A stretch of DNA of 64,000 nucleotides from Gammaproteobacteria bacterium (GTDB lineage: Bacteria; Pseudomonadota; Gammaproteobacteria; Ga0077536), in contig CAXXLL010000003.1 of assembly GCA_963662545.2 (NCBI GenBank), positions 960,001-1,024,000 on the forward strand, written 5' to 3'. The notes beneath the pieces were generated by a model that had not been told where the DNA came from, did no database searches, and saw only the letters and a list, made by a program, of their open reading frames with translations. The stretch's first letter is position 1; each line of letters opens with the position of its first letter. Both the position numbers and the translations under genes were made by a program. Positions 36,343 to 46,154 of the stretch are shown here, piece after piece.

Positions 36343-36396
36343 CGAATGCTAACGCCATGGACTGGCAAAGATTTGGAGCGTCCCATCACTCCTGCC

Positions 36397-36481
36397 TGGT
36401 GGAGGGGGTAGGATTCGAACCTACGAAGGCTGAGCCGGCAGATTTACAGTCTGCTCCCGTTGACCGCTTGGGTACCCCTCC
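36397..36481 (-). tRNA. tRNA-Tyr(GTA)
   Basis: GGAGGGGTACCCAAGCGG...CTGTAAA...long variable arm...GGTTCGAATCC...ACCA; 85 nt. Confidence 0.97.
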
Positions 36482-36497
36482 AAAACGGTAGCCGTAA

Positions 36498-36526
36498 ATT
36501 GTCGAAATATTTGAGGGTTATGTCAA
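36498..36526 (-). promoter_or_regulatory. Sigma70 promoter of the tRNA-Tyr-Gly-Thr-tuf operon
   Basis: Minus strand TTGACA, 17-nt spacer, GACAAT, ending 16 nt upstream of tRNA-Tyr. Confidence 0.75.
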
Positions 36527-36533
36527 TACAAGC

Positions 36534-36745
36534 AGCCTGTCGGACTTAGGGAATCGTAGCGAAGCGCGTGGGATAGCGGTCTGAGAGGGGTCATGGTTTG
36601 AGGCGAATAGTGGGGCTATATAACGAAAAATTCGCCAGGAACGAATTTTCGCGCCAGCCCGGCAGGGGTGCGCTGAACAAAACCATCGCGCCTCTCAGAC
36701 CGCTATCCCACCGCCCAAGTCAATTCTTTCTAAGTCCGACAGGCT
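36534..36745. repeat. 212-bp palindromic MITE-like element
   Basis: Perfect 16-bp terminal IR AGCCTGTCGGACTTAG/CTAAGTCCGACAGGCT, perfect inner 21-bp IR (36568-36588/36691-36711), and central hairpin 36624-36651. Confidence 0.8.
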
Positions 36746-36746
36746 C

Positions 36747-37349
36747 CTAAGCACGAATGATCTTACCCGTCGACCCGTCTCGAATAGCCGTCGGCCGCAA
36801 ATTAGACCCCACCCGTCCGCCGAGATAGCACTCGATTTGTTTGCCGAAATAGCGCCTGGCTGCCAAAACCGTCCTCGCGGGTCGCCGCCCCATTGGATTC
36901 GCACTGGTCGACACTAAAGGCCCGGCCCGGCCGCAGAGGACGGCCATCTGCCCGTGGGCAGTCACGCGTACGGCAATCTGTCCCCGACCATTCTTGAGCC
37001 ATCGTGGAGCCGTCCGGCGTGCTGGCAGGATCCAGGTATGAGGCCCCGGCCAGCTCTGGAGAATTTCGTGCATTAGAGGCGTTTCCAGGGTCACGAACCG
37101 CTGGATCTGAGCGAGATCCGCGCCCACGACGATGAAGAGTTTGCGCGCTGAGCGGCGTTTTAGACGGGCGATACGGATGCAGGCAACGCGATCGTAAGCG
37201 CTCGCAGCAAGCCCGAATACCGCTTCTGTGGCGTGCGCGACCACGCCGCCCCGTAGCAGGACACGGGCCGCTGCATCAGTGCGCCAATCGAGTACGGTTA
37301 GATCAGCCGCGCCGCAGTTCGGCGTCTTTTTCGAGAATTTTCGCGGCAT
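36747..37349 (-). CDS. tsaC: L-threonylcarbamoyladenylate synthase (TsaC/YrdC); start uncertain
   Basis: TEAVFGL, WPGPHTW, AVRV, STSAN motifs. Confidence 0.9.
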   Translation of the reverse strand: MPRKFSKKTPNCGAADLTVLDWRTDAAARVLLRGGVVAHATEAVFGLAASAYDRVACIRIARLKRRSARKLFIVVGADLAQIQRFVTLETPLMHEILQSWPGPHTWILPARRTAPRWLKNGRGQIAVRVTAHGQMAVLCGRAGPLVSTSANPMGRRPARTVLAARRYFGKQIECYLGGRVGSNLRPTAIRDGSTGKIIRA

Positions 37350-37806
37350 TGGCCAGGCGCTCGTCGCGTAATGCCTGTGCTAGGGCTTCGTCATTGAGAC
37401 TGAGAATCTGCGCAGCCAGGTATCCCGCGTTCTTCGCGCCCACCTTACCGATTGCGGTGCATGCGACGGGAATCCCACCAGGCATCTGCACAGTAGATAA
37501 AAGCGCATCCACGCCTTGCAGGGGCCCGCCTTCCATGGGCACCCCGATAACCGGGCGGACGGTCCGTGCGGAGACCGCGCCCGCGAGATGCGCCGCAAGT
37601 CCCGCGGCTGCGATAAATACGGCGCAGCCCCTCTTTTCCGCATCAATCACGTAATCTTGGGTTTCAGCCGGCGTTCGATGCGCCGATTTGATATTCATTT
37701 CGTAGGGAATATTGAACGAATCCAAAACGCTCGCGGTCGATTGCATCGTCGGCAAATCAGAGTGCGAGCCCATCAGTATGGCGACGAACCGTCGGTTTTC
37801 AGTCAC
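37303..37806 (-). CDS. purE: N5-CAIR mutase
   Basis: [31 protein letters not shown]. Confidence 0.97.
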   Translation of the reverse strand: MTENRRFVAILMGSHSDLPTMQSTASVLDSFNIPYEMNIKSAHRTPAETQDYVIDAEKRGCAVFIAAAGLAAHLAGAVSARTVRPVIGVPMEGGPLQGVDALLSTVQMPGGIPVACTAIGKVGAKNAGYLAAQILSLNDEALAQALRDERLANAAKILEKDAELRRG

Positions 37807-37843
37807 GCGGCTTCATGCCCGCACCATGATGATATCGAACCAT

Positions 37844-40150
37844 TCACGATCCCTTGGCGGCCCGGCGACGGCCGCGCTTGGCCGGCGCGTTGGCCAGTAA
37901 GGTCTGACATTCTTCGAGACTCAAGATTTTCGGATCCTGGTCTTTTGGTACACGGGCATTTTTGGTGCCGTCGGTGATATAAGGCCCGTACCGCCCGTTG
38001 AGCACCTTGATGTCGCTGTCCGGAAATTCTTGGATCTGCTTTGCCGCGTCCACCTTTTTTTTCTCTTCGACAAGTTCGCAGGCCCGCTCCAGCGTGATGG
38101 TATAGGGGTCATCTTCCTTGGCCAGACTGGCGAATTTATCGGCGAAACGTACATAAGGACCGTAACGACCGATGCTTACCGACAGCGGCACGCCGTCGGG
38201 CGTCTCCCCCAGTTCGCGCGGCAGCTTCGTAAGTTCAAGCGCTTCTTCGAGAGTAATGCCCTCGATCCGTTGGCCCTGGCGCAATCCATAAAACTGCGGT
38301 TTTTCTTCGTCTTCAGTCGAACCGATGATGACATATGGACCGTACCGTCCCATTCGCACGGCCACGGGTTTCCCGCTTTTGGGATCGACACCCAATTCGC
38401 GCGCTTGATTTGCTTCCTTTCTGGAAACATTCTCCTCTTTGTCTTTGATAATGGCGGAAAATGGTTCCCAGAAATCTCGCAGCAGCGGGATCCATTCCTT
38501 TTCACCACGCGAAATTGCGTCCAGATCATCCTCGAGCTTTGCGGTGAAATTGTAATCGACATAGGTCGCGAAATGATTGGTAAGAAACGTATTCACGACC
38601 TTGCCGATATCAGTCGGCTGAAATCGTTTCTTTTCGAATTCAACGTATTCTCGCTGCACTAGCGTTGAAATAATTGACGCATAGGTGGAAGGGCGCCCGA
38701 TGCCATACTCTTCGAGCGTTTTCACCAGGCTTGCTTCCGTATAACGCGGCGGTGGTTCAGTAAAGTGCTGTTCGTTGCGGATCTGCTCAAGTTTTATTTT
38801 CTGCTGCGGTTCGAGCGGCGGCAACATCTTAGATTCCTGCTCGGTATCGTCGGATCCCTCGAGGTAGACCGCCATGAATCCAGGCTCCGTGACCGTCGAT
38901 CCGGTTGCGCGAAACACCCCGTTCGAACCGGCATTGAGATCAGCGGATACCGTATCGATAGTCGCATGGATCATTTGACACGCCACCGTCCGTTTCCAGA
39001 TCAAATCATAGAGTTTGAACTGCTCCTTGGACAGAAAGGATTTAATCTCCGAAGGAACGCGCAAACAGGACGTCGGACGTATTGCTTCGTGCGCTTCCTG
39101 AGCGTTCTTTGATTTCGTTTTAAAAATTCGAGGGGTCTTGGGTATTTGGTCTTTCCCGTATTTTTCGACAACAAAATGCCGCAATTCGTCCAATGCTTCG
39201 CGCGCCAGGTTGAGCGAGTCCGTACGCATGTACGTGATGAGTCCGGTGCTTCCGGTTCCTATGTCGACGCCCTCATATAACTGCTGTGCAATACGCATCG
39301 TATGTTGGGCGGTAAAACCGAGTTTGCGCACGCCTTCCTGCTGCAAGGTGGACGTGATGAACGGCGACGCCGGATGACGTTTTCGATTTTTTCGCTCTAC
39401 TTTGGCGACCACGAGTTCCCCTTCGGCCGCGTCAACCATCTGCTCTCGGACATCGGCAGCCTGATCTTCCGAAGTCACCGTAAATTGCCGAACCTTCTCA
39501 CCGTTCAATTCGCTCAATTTCGCCACAAAAGGACTTTTACCGGCGATAAGATCCGCTTCGATGGTCCAGTATTCGCGACTTTTGAATTTGTCGATTTCTG
39601 CTTCGCGTTCGCAAATGAGCCGGAGCGTCGGACTTTGCACCCGGCCGGCAGACAAACCTCTTTTGATTTTTTTCCACAGCAGAGGGGATAGATTGAATCC
39701 GACGAGATAGTCGAGCGCCCGCCTCGCCTGCTGCGCATTAACGAGATCCATGGAAACCTTGCGCGGCGAGTCCATTGCCTCCTTGATCGCCCGTTCAGTG
39801 ATCTCGTGGAAGACGACGCGATAGACCTCCTTACCGTCCAATATCGAGCGCCCGCGCAACAGCTCGACCAGGTGCCAGGAAATGGCCTCACCTTCCCGAT
39901 CCAGGTCAGTGGCGAGGTAAAGGGCATCGGCCTTTTTCATGGCTTTTGCGATCTGGTCGACGTACTTCGAATTTCGTTTGATGACTTCGTACTTCATTTC
40001 GAAGTCGTTTTCTGTATCGACCGCTCCTTCTTTCGGCAGCAAATCACGTACGTGCCCGTAGGAAGCCAGGACTTCGTAGTCCTTACCAAGGTATTTCTTG
40101 ATGGTGCTGGCTTTCGCCGGGGATTCGACGATGACTAGGTTAGCGACCAT
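37844..40150 (-). CDS. topA: DNA topoisomerase I with zinc-free C-terminal repeats
   Basis: LVIVESPAK, DREGE, SAGRVQS, catalytic LITYMRTD, and three GRYGPY repeats. Confidence 0.97.
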   Translation of the reverse strand: MVANLVIVESPAKASTIKKYLGKDYEVLASYGHVRDLLPKEGAVDTENDFEMKYEVIKRNSKYVDQIAKAMKKADALYLATDLDREGEAISWHLVELLRGRSILDGKEVYRVVFHEITERAIKEAMDSPRKVSMDLVNAQQARRALDYLVGFNLSPLLWKKIKRGLSAGRVQSPTLRLICEREAEIDKFKSREYWTIEADLIAGKSPFVAKLSELNGEKVRQFTVTSEDQAADVREQMVDAAEGELVVAKVERKNRKRHPASPFITSTLQQEGVRKLGFTAQHTMRIAQQLYEGVDIGTGSTGLITYMRTDSLNLAREALDELRHFVVEKYGKDQIPKTPRIFKTKSKNAQEAHEAIRPTSCLRVPSEIKSFLSKEQFKLYDLIWKRTVACQMIHATIDTVSADLNAGSNGVFRATGSTVTEPGFMAVYLEGSDDTEQESKMLPPLEPQQKIKLEQIRNEQHFTEPPPRYTEASLVKTLEEYGIGRPSTYASIISTLVQREYVEFEKKRFQPTDIGKVVNTFLTNHFATYVDYNFTAKLEDDLDAISRGEKEWIPLLRDFWEPFSAIIKDKEENVSRKEANQARELGVDPKSGKPVAVRMGRYGPYVIIGSTEDEEKPQFYGLRQGQRIEGITLEEALELTKLPRELGETPDGVPLSVSIGRYGPYVRFADKFASLAKEDDPYTITLERACELVEEKKKVDAAKQIQEFPDSDIKVLNGRYGPYITDGTKNARVPKDQDPKILSLEECQTLLANAPAKRGRRRAAKGS

Positions 40151-40201
40151 GGAAAGATGCAATTCAGATTCGAAAAAGGAAAGCGCCTGAAACGCCGAAC
40201 C

Positions 40202-40687
40202 CTAATGGAGATTTCCGTACAGGTCGTCCATAACGAGATCTTCCATCCATAAAAAAGCCTGTTCCTGGCCCGGTTGACTGAACAACACCATCAATATGAT
40301 CCACTTGAGCTGTTCTACATCAATATCGTCGGATTCCAATGCGAGCACGCGTTCAATCACCAGCTCTCGACTGGAGCTGTTCAGAACACTGGCTTGTTCC
40401 AGGAAATACAAGAACCCGCGACATTCGGTATCCAGCTTACGTTCTTCCTCGCCGGTATATATTCGCGTCGAGGTTTGCGCAGGTAGCGGCATATCATTCG
40501 CGTTATCACGGTTTGCCGCCAGTTCCTGCAACCAGTCGAATGCCCTCGCGACCTGTCCACCCTCGAATCCCGCCTCATAAAGTTCGGATTTCAACCGATC
40601 GCGATCGACATCGAGTTCTATCTCTTCGTCGACATAATGCTCGAACAGATAAATCAAAATATCAATGACCGTTTGCTTCATCATCAA
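40202..40687 (-). CDS. smg: Smg/DUF494 protein
   Basis: DILIYLFEHY; ECRGFLYFLEQ; LKWIILMVLF; located between dprA and topA. Confidence 0.93.
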   Translation of the reverse strand: MMMKQTVIDILIYLFEHYVDEEIELDVDRDRLKSELYEAGFEGGQVARAFDWLQELAANRDNANDMPLPAQTSTRIYTGEEERKLDTECRGFLYFLEQASVLNSSSRELVIERVLALESDDIDVEQLKWIILMVLFSQPGQEQAFLWMEDLVMDDLYGNLH

Positions 40688-40794
40688 TAAGTCCGACCTC
40701 GCCGGCGGAAAGCTGTTTGGGTCATTTGGTATTTCCGAAAAGCGCTGTTTCGATGTGGGTGGCGTATCGTTGCCTGATCGAAATTCCGCGCATG

Positions 40795-41913
40795 TTATCG
40801 AATACGTATATAAGTTCCTGCCGCATGCATTGCAATTTGCCCGGCAAGTTCAAGCGTCAACAGCATGGAGGAAACGTCCTGAGCCGTCAATCCAGAGTGA
40901 AAAATGATCTGATCCATTGTGAACGGTTCCCAACCACAGGCTTCAAACGCTTCGGTCTCTCGCCGTCCCAACGACGCTGCGACCGAGTTGGCGTGCACAA
41001 CGGTGCGTGTACGCGTCGCTGCGGGTGGGACCGCCAAAGGGAGATCGGTAAACTCACCGACAACGTCCGCGGCACATTCGATTAGCTTCGCACCCTGTGC
41101 GATCAATGCGTGACAGCCTTTGCTCATAGGATTGCGGACGGATCCGGGAACGGCGAATACCTCGCGTCCCTGCTCTGCGGCGTGCATCGCGGTCGAAATC
41201 GAACCACTTCGACTAGCGGCTTCGACGACGATGGTGCCTCGGGCGAGACCGCTGATAATCCGGTTGCGCTGAGGGAAATGATGTTTCCGCGGTGGGGCAC
41301 CCAGTGGAAATTCGGATATGACCGCGCCCGAACGGCTGATTTCCATGGCGAGATCCTGGTGGCGGGAAGGGTAGATACGATCAATTCCGCAACCAAGCAC
41401 CGCTATCGTAACGCCCGCTTTCAGTGCGCCCCGGTGTGCGCAAGCGTCGATACCAAACGCCAGGCCGCTGGTGATAACCAGGCCGAACGCGGCAAGCTCA
41501 CAAGCGATATCCGTCGCGAATTCGCAGCCCGGTTTCGTCGCGTTGCGACTCCCGACGATTGCAATTTGGGCATGGGTGAGAAATTCTGCCGCTCCTGCGA
41601 CGAATAATACGGGTGGGGGGACGGCAATTTCGCGCAGCAACACCGGGTAGCGGGCGTCATCGACAGATATCAAATGATGACTCGGCGTGGCTCCCCATTT
41701 AAGCGCGCGATCGGCGAGATCCCATCGGGGTTTGACACCGCTATCGCCAAACCTCGCAATGACCCGTGGTAGAAATGCGCCGCCGTTTGCGACCGTTTTG
41801 AGAGTTTGTCGGTATTGGGAGACGGCACTCGCCGCAGTGCGCCCAGCGGTATAAAGGGCGGCATGGTAGGCGAGTAGATGCCGCAGTACGTCGATGTCCA
41901 GTCCCTTGTCCAT
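40795..41913 (-). CDS. dprA: DNA-processing protein DprA
   Basis: AIVGSR, SGLAFGIDACAH, FPQRNRIISGL, VFAVPG, and a C-terminal winged helix LLTLELAG. Confidence 0.96.
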   Translation of the reverse strand: MDKGLDIDVLRHLLAYHAALYTAGRTAASAVSQYRQTLKTVANGGAFLPRVIARFGDSGVKPRWDLADRALKWGATPSHHLISVDDARYPVLLREIAVPPPVLFVAGAAEFLTHAQIAIVGSRNATKPGCEFATDIACELAAFGLVITSGLAFGIDACAHRGALKAGVTIAVLGCGIDRIYPSRHQDLAMEISRSGAVISEFPLGAPPRKHHFPQRNRIISGLARGTIVVEAASRSGSISTAMHAAEQGREVFAVPGSVRNPMSKGCHALIAQGAKLIECAADVVGEFTDLPLAVPPAATRTRTVVHANSVAASLGRRETEAFEACGWEPFTMDQIIFHSGLTAQDVSSMLLTLELAGQIAMHAAGTYIRIR

Positions 41914-42072
41914 CGCTTGCCATGATAGCTAGTGTGCATCCCTAAACGCGATGCGGTTGAAATAAAAAGGAAAATTTGTCGCTTAAGGGATCGAAACCTC
42001 CGGTAGGTCGTGATCTAATGGAACTTCAAACCTCTGATTTTCCACACAATCATCGACACCACAGGAGGGGGA

Positions 42073-43434
42073 ATGCGTCAGAAACGCACGGCCCAAGCGA
42101 GTATATACGAGCTGTTTGCTGACCATGACCTGGGGCGAGAGCTGCAGGGCATGTCCGAGTGGCTCGATGCTCACCCCAAGGTCCTCACGCCGGTCATGAA
42201 CGATCTGTGTCGGCGGGGTTTGAAGCCCACCGGTCGACGCGGACTGTCGGCGGAGTCGGTGCTGCGCTGCGCGGTGCTCAAGCAGCACCGGCAATTGAGT
42301 TACGAGGAGCTGGCCTTTCACCTGCAGGACTCGGCGAGCTTTCAGGCCTTCGCCCGGTTGCCGGGTAATGAACGTCCGAAGAAGTCTGCCTTACAGCGGG
42401 TGGTCTCGGCGATCCAGGTATCGACGTGGGAGTCTATTCATCGCGCCCTGCTGGCGACGGCGAAAGAGACGCGCATTGAGCCGGCACAGCGTGTACGGAT
42501 TGATAGCACGGTAACGGACAGTGCCATCCACGCGCCGAGCGACAGTCATCTGCTGTGGGATGGCGTGCGTGTTGTGGTTCGTCTGCTCGCACAGGCGCGC
42601 GAGTTGCCTGGCGCGCCGGAGTTGTGCTTCGTGAACCACACTCGATTGGCGAAGAAGCGTGCGCGGGCGCTGTGGTATGCGCGTGGTGCGAAGCAACGCC
42701 AACGTCTGTATCGCGATTTGATTGGGGCGACGCGTTCAACCTTGGAAGCGGTAGCGAGGGTACGTGAGCAGCTGCTGAGCCCGGGCGTCACCGGCGTTGA
42801 ACTGCCGGACTGGCTAGCGCAGGTAGCGCACTACGAAACACTTGTTCTGCAGGTGATTTCGCAAACTGAGCGGCGGGTGTTCGGCGGTGAGAAGGTCCCC
42901 GCGAGCGAGAAGTGCGTGAGCTTGTTCGAGCCGCATACCGACATCATCATAAAGGGTGCGCGCGACGTTCAGTACGGACACAAAATCAATCTGGCTTCGG
43001 GGCGCAGTGGCCTCATCCTCGACGTGGTCATCGAGCGAGGCAATCCGGTCGATAGTCAGCGCTTCATGCCGATGCTCGAACGGCATCGAACACACTACGG
43101 GACGATGCCACGACAGGTCGCCGCCGATGGCGGCTATGCGAGCCTCGACAATCTCCGGGCGGCGAAAGCAGAAGGCATCGAAGACGTTGCCTTCCACAAG
43201 AAGCGCGGGCTCGCGATCGCCGACATGGTCAAGAGTCAGTGGGTCTATCGACGCTTGCGCAACTTCCGCGCCGGCATCGAGGCCGGTATCTCCTGCCTGA
43301 AGCGTGCATACGGATTGGCACGTTGCACCTGGAAGAGCCTGCCGCACTTCGAAGCCTACGTGTGGTCTTCTGTGGTCGCCTACAGTAACCGGTCAATCCA
43401 GGCCGTTATTCACGGTCTCGGGCAGATGGTTTAG
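42073..43434 (+). CDS. DDE transposase (ISNCY/IS5-like) whose C-terminus is interrupted by IS66
   Basis: RIDST, ADGGY and RAGIEAGISCLKR motifs. The native tail NLSLLARYQLE* resumes at 45748-45782. Confidence 0.88.
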   Translation: MRQKRTAQASIYELFADHDLGRELQGMSEWLDAHPKVLTPVMNDLCRRGLKPTGRRGLSAESVLRCAVLKQHRQLSYEELAFHLQDSASFQAFARLPGNERPKKSALQRVVSAIQVSTWESIHRALLATAKETRIEPAQRVRIDSTVTDSAIHAPSDSHLLWDGVRVVVRLLAQARELPGAPELCFVNHTRLAKKRARALWYARGAKQRQRLYRDLIGATRSTLEAVARVREQLLSPGVTGVELPDWLAQVAHYETLVLQVISQTERRVFGGEKVPASEKCVSLFEPHTDIIIKGARDVQYGHKINLASGRSGLILDVVIERGNPVDSQRFMPMLERHRTHYGTMPRQVAADGGYASLDNLRAAKAEGIEDVAFHKKRGLAIADMVKSQWVYRRLRNFRAGIEAGISCLKRAYGLARCTWKSLPHFEAYVWSSVVAYSNRSIQAVIHGLGQMV

Positions 43435-43470
43435 TTTGCCAGGTTTCCCAGTCAATCGGGAGCTTGGTAA

Positions 43471-43761
43471 ATGAATGATCACGGAAAACCTCGGAACAAA
43501 CGACGTAGTGCGGATGAGTGGCGTGGCCTATTAGCGGAGCAGGCACAAAGCGGTTCATCGATCCGCGCATTCTGTGCTGAGCGAGGAATTGGATATTCGA
43601 CGTTCAGTAAAAGGAAGTCGAGGTCAGCGAGGGACGCTCAGATAGGGAAGGCGGAAACACGTTTCGTCGAGTTGGCCCCGTTACAACCATTAACCAATGC
43701 ACAATGGGATATCGAGTTAGCGCTCGGTGATGACATCGTGCTACGTGTGTCACGGCACTGA
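43471..43761 (+). CDS. tnpA: IS66 accessory protein TnpA (HTH)
   Basis: W...QAQSGSSIRAFCAERGI...FVEL. Confidence 0.88.
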   Translation: MNDHGKPRNKRRSADEWRGLLAEQAQSGSSIRAFCAERGIGYSTFSKRKSRSARDAQIGKAETRFVELAPLQPLTNAQWDIELALGDDIVLRVSRH

Positions 43762-44129
43762 TGTGGTCGCCCCCATCGGGTTTGCGTATATGGTTATGTC
43801 GGGCACCGACTGATATGCGTCAATCGTTCCATGGTTTATCGGCGTTGGTGCGGCAGGCGTTACACGAGGAGCCCCTCGATGGGGCACTGTACGTTTTCGT
43901 CAATCGCCGGCGTACGTTATTAAAAGCGCTGTACTTTGAGTCGGACGGATATTGTCTGTGGAGTAAGAAACTCGAACGCGGTCAGTTCCAGGTTCGGTGG
44001 AATAGCGAGGTCAAACAGCGGCTGCAACGCAGCGAATGGCAGTGCATTATTGAAGGGATCGATCTACGCTCAGTGCGTCGATTAAAACGGTTTCGATTAC
44101 CGGAAAACGATCGACGGTCAGCAGTGTAA
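43761..44129 (+). CDS. tnpB: IS66 accessory protein TnpB
   Basis: PTDMRQSFHGL; YVFVNRRR; KKLERGQF. Confidence 0.93.
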   Translation: MWSPPSGLRIWLCRAPTDMRQSFHGLSALVRQALHEEPLDGALYVFVNRRRTLLKALYFESDGYCLWSKKLERGQFQVRWNSEVKQRLQRSEWQCIIEGIDLRSVRRLKRFRLPENDRRSAV

Positions 44130-44147
44130 ACGGTACAATACGTACCC

Positions 44148-45731
44148 ATGAATGGGGGTTATGCAACGCCGGAAATATCACTTGATGCGGCGGTGTTACA
44201 AGCGGAAAACACAGCCCTCAAAACGCAGGTCGCCACACTCACCCAACAACTCGACTGGTTCAAACGCCAACTGTTCGGTCGCAAGTCTGAACGGCGGCTG
44301 ATTGATCCCAATCCCGATCAACGGTTACTCAATGGCTTCGAGGATGAGTCGTCATCGACGGCGGCGGTTGAGAAAGAAACGATCACTTATCAGCGGCGCA
44401 AAGGAAAGCGCCGTGGCGATGATTGTGTGACTGATCAAGGGTTACGTTTCGATGACTCGGTGCCGATTGAATGCATCCAATTGTCGGTACCTGAAGATGT
44501 CGCGGATGCGTTTGAAGCGAGCAGTGAAAAGATCACCTATCGTTTAGCGCAACGGCCGGCGGCCTATGTGGTCTTGAAGTACATCCAACCGGTAGTGAAG
44601 CGCAAAAGCGACGGTCAGATCTTCACGATCCCGGCGCCCGATGGTCTGTGGTCCGGCTCATTGGCGGATGTGAGTGTGGTTGCGGGGATGCTGGTTGATA
44701 AGTTCGCTTATCACCTGCCGCTGTACCGTCAACATCAACGAATGGGGCTGAACGGCATTACCGTGGCGCGGTCGAGTCTGACGCACTGGGTGCAGAAGGC
44801 AAGTGACCTGTTGAAGCCGATTTATCTGGCGCAGTTGCGGCATATCTTGTTATCGAAGACGCTGGCGATGGATGAAACGCCGATTAAGGCGGGTCGCTCG
44901 GGCAAGGGCAAGATGAACGCGGCGTGGTATTGGCCAATTTATGGCGAAGCGGATGAGATTGCGTTCACGTTTGCGCGAACCAAGGCGCGGTCGCACATCG
45001 ACAAAACGTTGGTGGACTTTAAAGGCACCTTACTAACCGATGGCGCCGCGGCTTATGCGCGTTTTGCCGCCGATCGCGGCGATGAAGTCGTGCATGCGCA
45101 ATGCTGGGCGCACACGCGTCGTCAGTTCGAAAGGGCATTATCCGATAGGCCACAAAGTGCGGCGCAGGCACTTGATTTGATCGCGGCACTGTATGCCGTT
45201 GAGGCCACCATCCGTGACCAGGCAATGGATGAAGCGGCGACCCAGACCTACCGCAGCCGGTACGCCTTGCCTGCGGTTGATGCATTTTTTGCCTGGCTTG
45301 ACGAGCAACGCCAGTGCATGGGTTTATTACCGAGTCAGCCGTTTACGAAGGCGCTGGCCTATGCAGCCGAGCGTGAGGGCGCGTTACGTGTTTACTTATC
45401 GGATGCGAGCGTCGCGATCGACACGAATCATTTAGAGCGCGCTCTGAGACCCATTCCGATGGGCCGAAAGAATTGGATGTTCTGTTGGACTGAGGTGGGC
45501 GCTGAACACGTTGGGATCATACAAAGTTTGATCTGTACTTGCCGAATACACGGCATTAATCCGTACACCTACCTGGTTGATGTACTCCAGAGGATCGCGA
45601 TCCATCCGGATAGCGCAGTGGAACAACTCACGCCTCGGGTGTGGAAGACATTGTTCGCTACCCAACCGCTGCGTTCTAACTTGGCCGTCGTTACCGCAAC
45701 ACGAGATCAATTACCAGACGCCGCCGTTTGA
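44148..45731 (+). CDS. tnpC: IS66 transposase TnpC
   Basis: HLPLYRQ, MDETP, CWAHTRR, DTNHLERALR, GRKNW. Confidence 0.95.
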   Translation: MNGGYATPEISLDAAVLQAENTALKTQVATLTQQLDWFKRQLFGRKSERRLIDPNPDQRLLNGFEDESSSTAAVEKETITYQRRKGKRRGDDCVTDQGLRFDDSVPIECIQLSVPEDVADAFEASSEKITYRLAQRPAAYVVLKYIQPVVKRKSDGQIFTIPAPDGLWSGSLADVSVVAGMLVDKFAYHLPLYRQHQRMGLNGITVARSSLTHWVQKASDLLKPIYLAQLRHILLSKTLAMDETPIKAGRSGKGKMNAAWYWPIYGEADEIAFTFARTKARSHIDKTLVDFKGTLLTDGAAAYARFAADRGDEVVHAQCWAHTRRQFERALSDRPQSAAQALDLIAALYAVEATIRDQAMDEAATQTYRSRYALPAVDAFFAWLDEQRQCMGLLPSQPFTKALAYAAEREGALRVYLSDASVAIDTNHLERALRPIPMGRKNWMFCWTEVGAEHVGIIQSLICTCRIHGINPYTYLVDVLQRIAIHPDSAVEQLTPRVWKTLFATQPLRSNLAVVTATRDQLPDAAV

Positions 45732-46154
45732 CCGGTTACCGCCTACAACCTCAGCCTGCTCGCGCGCTATCAACTCGAATAGCGACGTTCACTCGCACTA
45801 ACTGACCTCCTCGATATCGTCGAACGGGCGACTTTGGGTTGCAGCGCTCTGCGGCCGGCGAACGTACTCACAATTACGCTCGAAGAGCCCTTCGACCCCC
45901 ACCGAACCGCCGCTACCGCTCCAACAACCTACTTTCAACACCTCGATTTCTCCGTGCCCATCGAAGAAAATGCCTGTTTATGGACGGACACTAGCTAGGT
46001 CGTACAATAGATGCACGACTGCTCAGAGAAGAATTTGCCTTCTTGCAGGCCGGCGAAAAATTCATCCCTTCGCCAGCCCGTTTCCCGCTATTTCGATGTA
46101 TCGGAATCGCGCCCCCAGCCTCTACTATTGCACGAAGGCGGGCTAAGGTCCGGA

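Larger units (their letters stand above)
43385..45739 (+). mobile_element. IS66-family insertion sequence, complete (2355 bp)
   Basis: TIR GTAACCGGTCAA/TTGACCGGTTAC; 8-bp target duplication CGCCTACA at 43377-43384 and 45740-45747; tnpA-tnpB-tnpC order. Confidence 0.96.
41932..45991 (+). mobile_element. ISNCY/IS5-like insertion sequence carrying a nested IS66
   Basis: Imperfect TIRs GTGTGCATCCCTAAAC (41932) / GTTTATGGACGGACAC (ends 45991); 6-bp direct repeat TAGCTA at 41926-41931 and 45992-45997. Confidence 0.85.

Noticed and set aside
36534-36745. Possible 6S RNA (rod-like, about 200 nt)
   Set aside because: Perfect terminal IRs, no recognisable 6S central bubble, and not in the usual zapA/ygfA context. 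A MITE-like element fits better.
41983-43347. Minus-strand ORFs of 81-177 aa inside the ISNCY-like element
   Set aside because: Antisense to the transposase, with no recognisable domains.
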